Source: Octopus vulgaris (Eukaryota). Taken from it: a DNA stretch of 64,000 nucleotides. How positions within the stretch are numbered: the first letter of the stretch is position 1; every line of letters starts with the position of its first letter. Below are positions 63,979 through 64,000 of this stretch, piece by piece. The notes under the pieces are model-generated. The model made no database searches. It saw only the letters and a program-made list of their open reading frames with translations, and was not told the origin of the DNA. A program made the translations under genes and the position numbers. The DNA is taken from the NCBI GenBank assembly GCA_951406725.2, contig OX597823.1:116374001-116438000 (forward strand). Reading direction: 5' to 3'.

Positions 63979-64000
63979 ATGTTACAACATACCATTTTAC

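Overview
AT-rich, microsatellite-saturated animal genomic DNA, about half or more of it repeats. The SINE families and repeat landscape match what I recall of Octopus (coleoid cephalopod) genomes; this is inference, not a database result. I found no intact host protein-coding gene. Nearly all long ORFs in the track are translations of (TA)n, (CA)n, (ATT)n, (CT)n or (CTT)n repeats. The real coding signal is all transposon-derived and decayed: a Ty3/gypsy gag-protease-RT fragment, a Penelope-like RT-thumb plus GIY-YIG element between giant (TA)n tracts, several R4/Dong-type fragments, an RTE 3' end, mariner and maT transposase remnants, and zinc-knuckle ORF1-like genes. The most notable structure is a 3.0 kb Helitron-bounded cassette (30682-33704). 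It contains an apparently ORF1-only retroposon and a LINE 3' end, both stacked inside a paralogous ORF1 and both ending in the same 3' tail as the window's commonest SINE. Other observations: about six minimal hammerhead-ribozyme motifs, fixed-junction SINE multimers, a three-level nested insertion, templated local duplications, long fold-backs, and weak + strand splice-acceptor islands suggesting the window lies inside a large gene. Coordinates were read by eye and repeat boundaries are approximate. SINE family letters A-D are my own labels.
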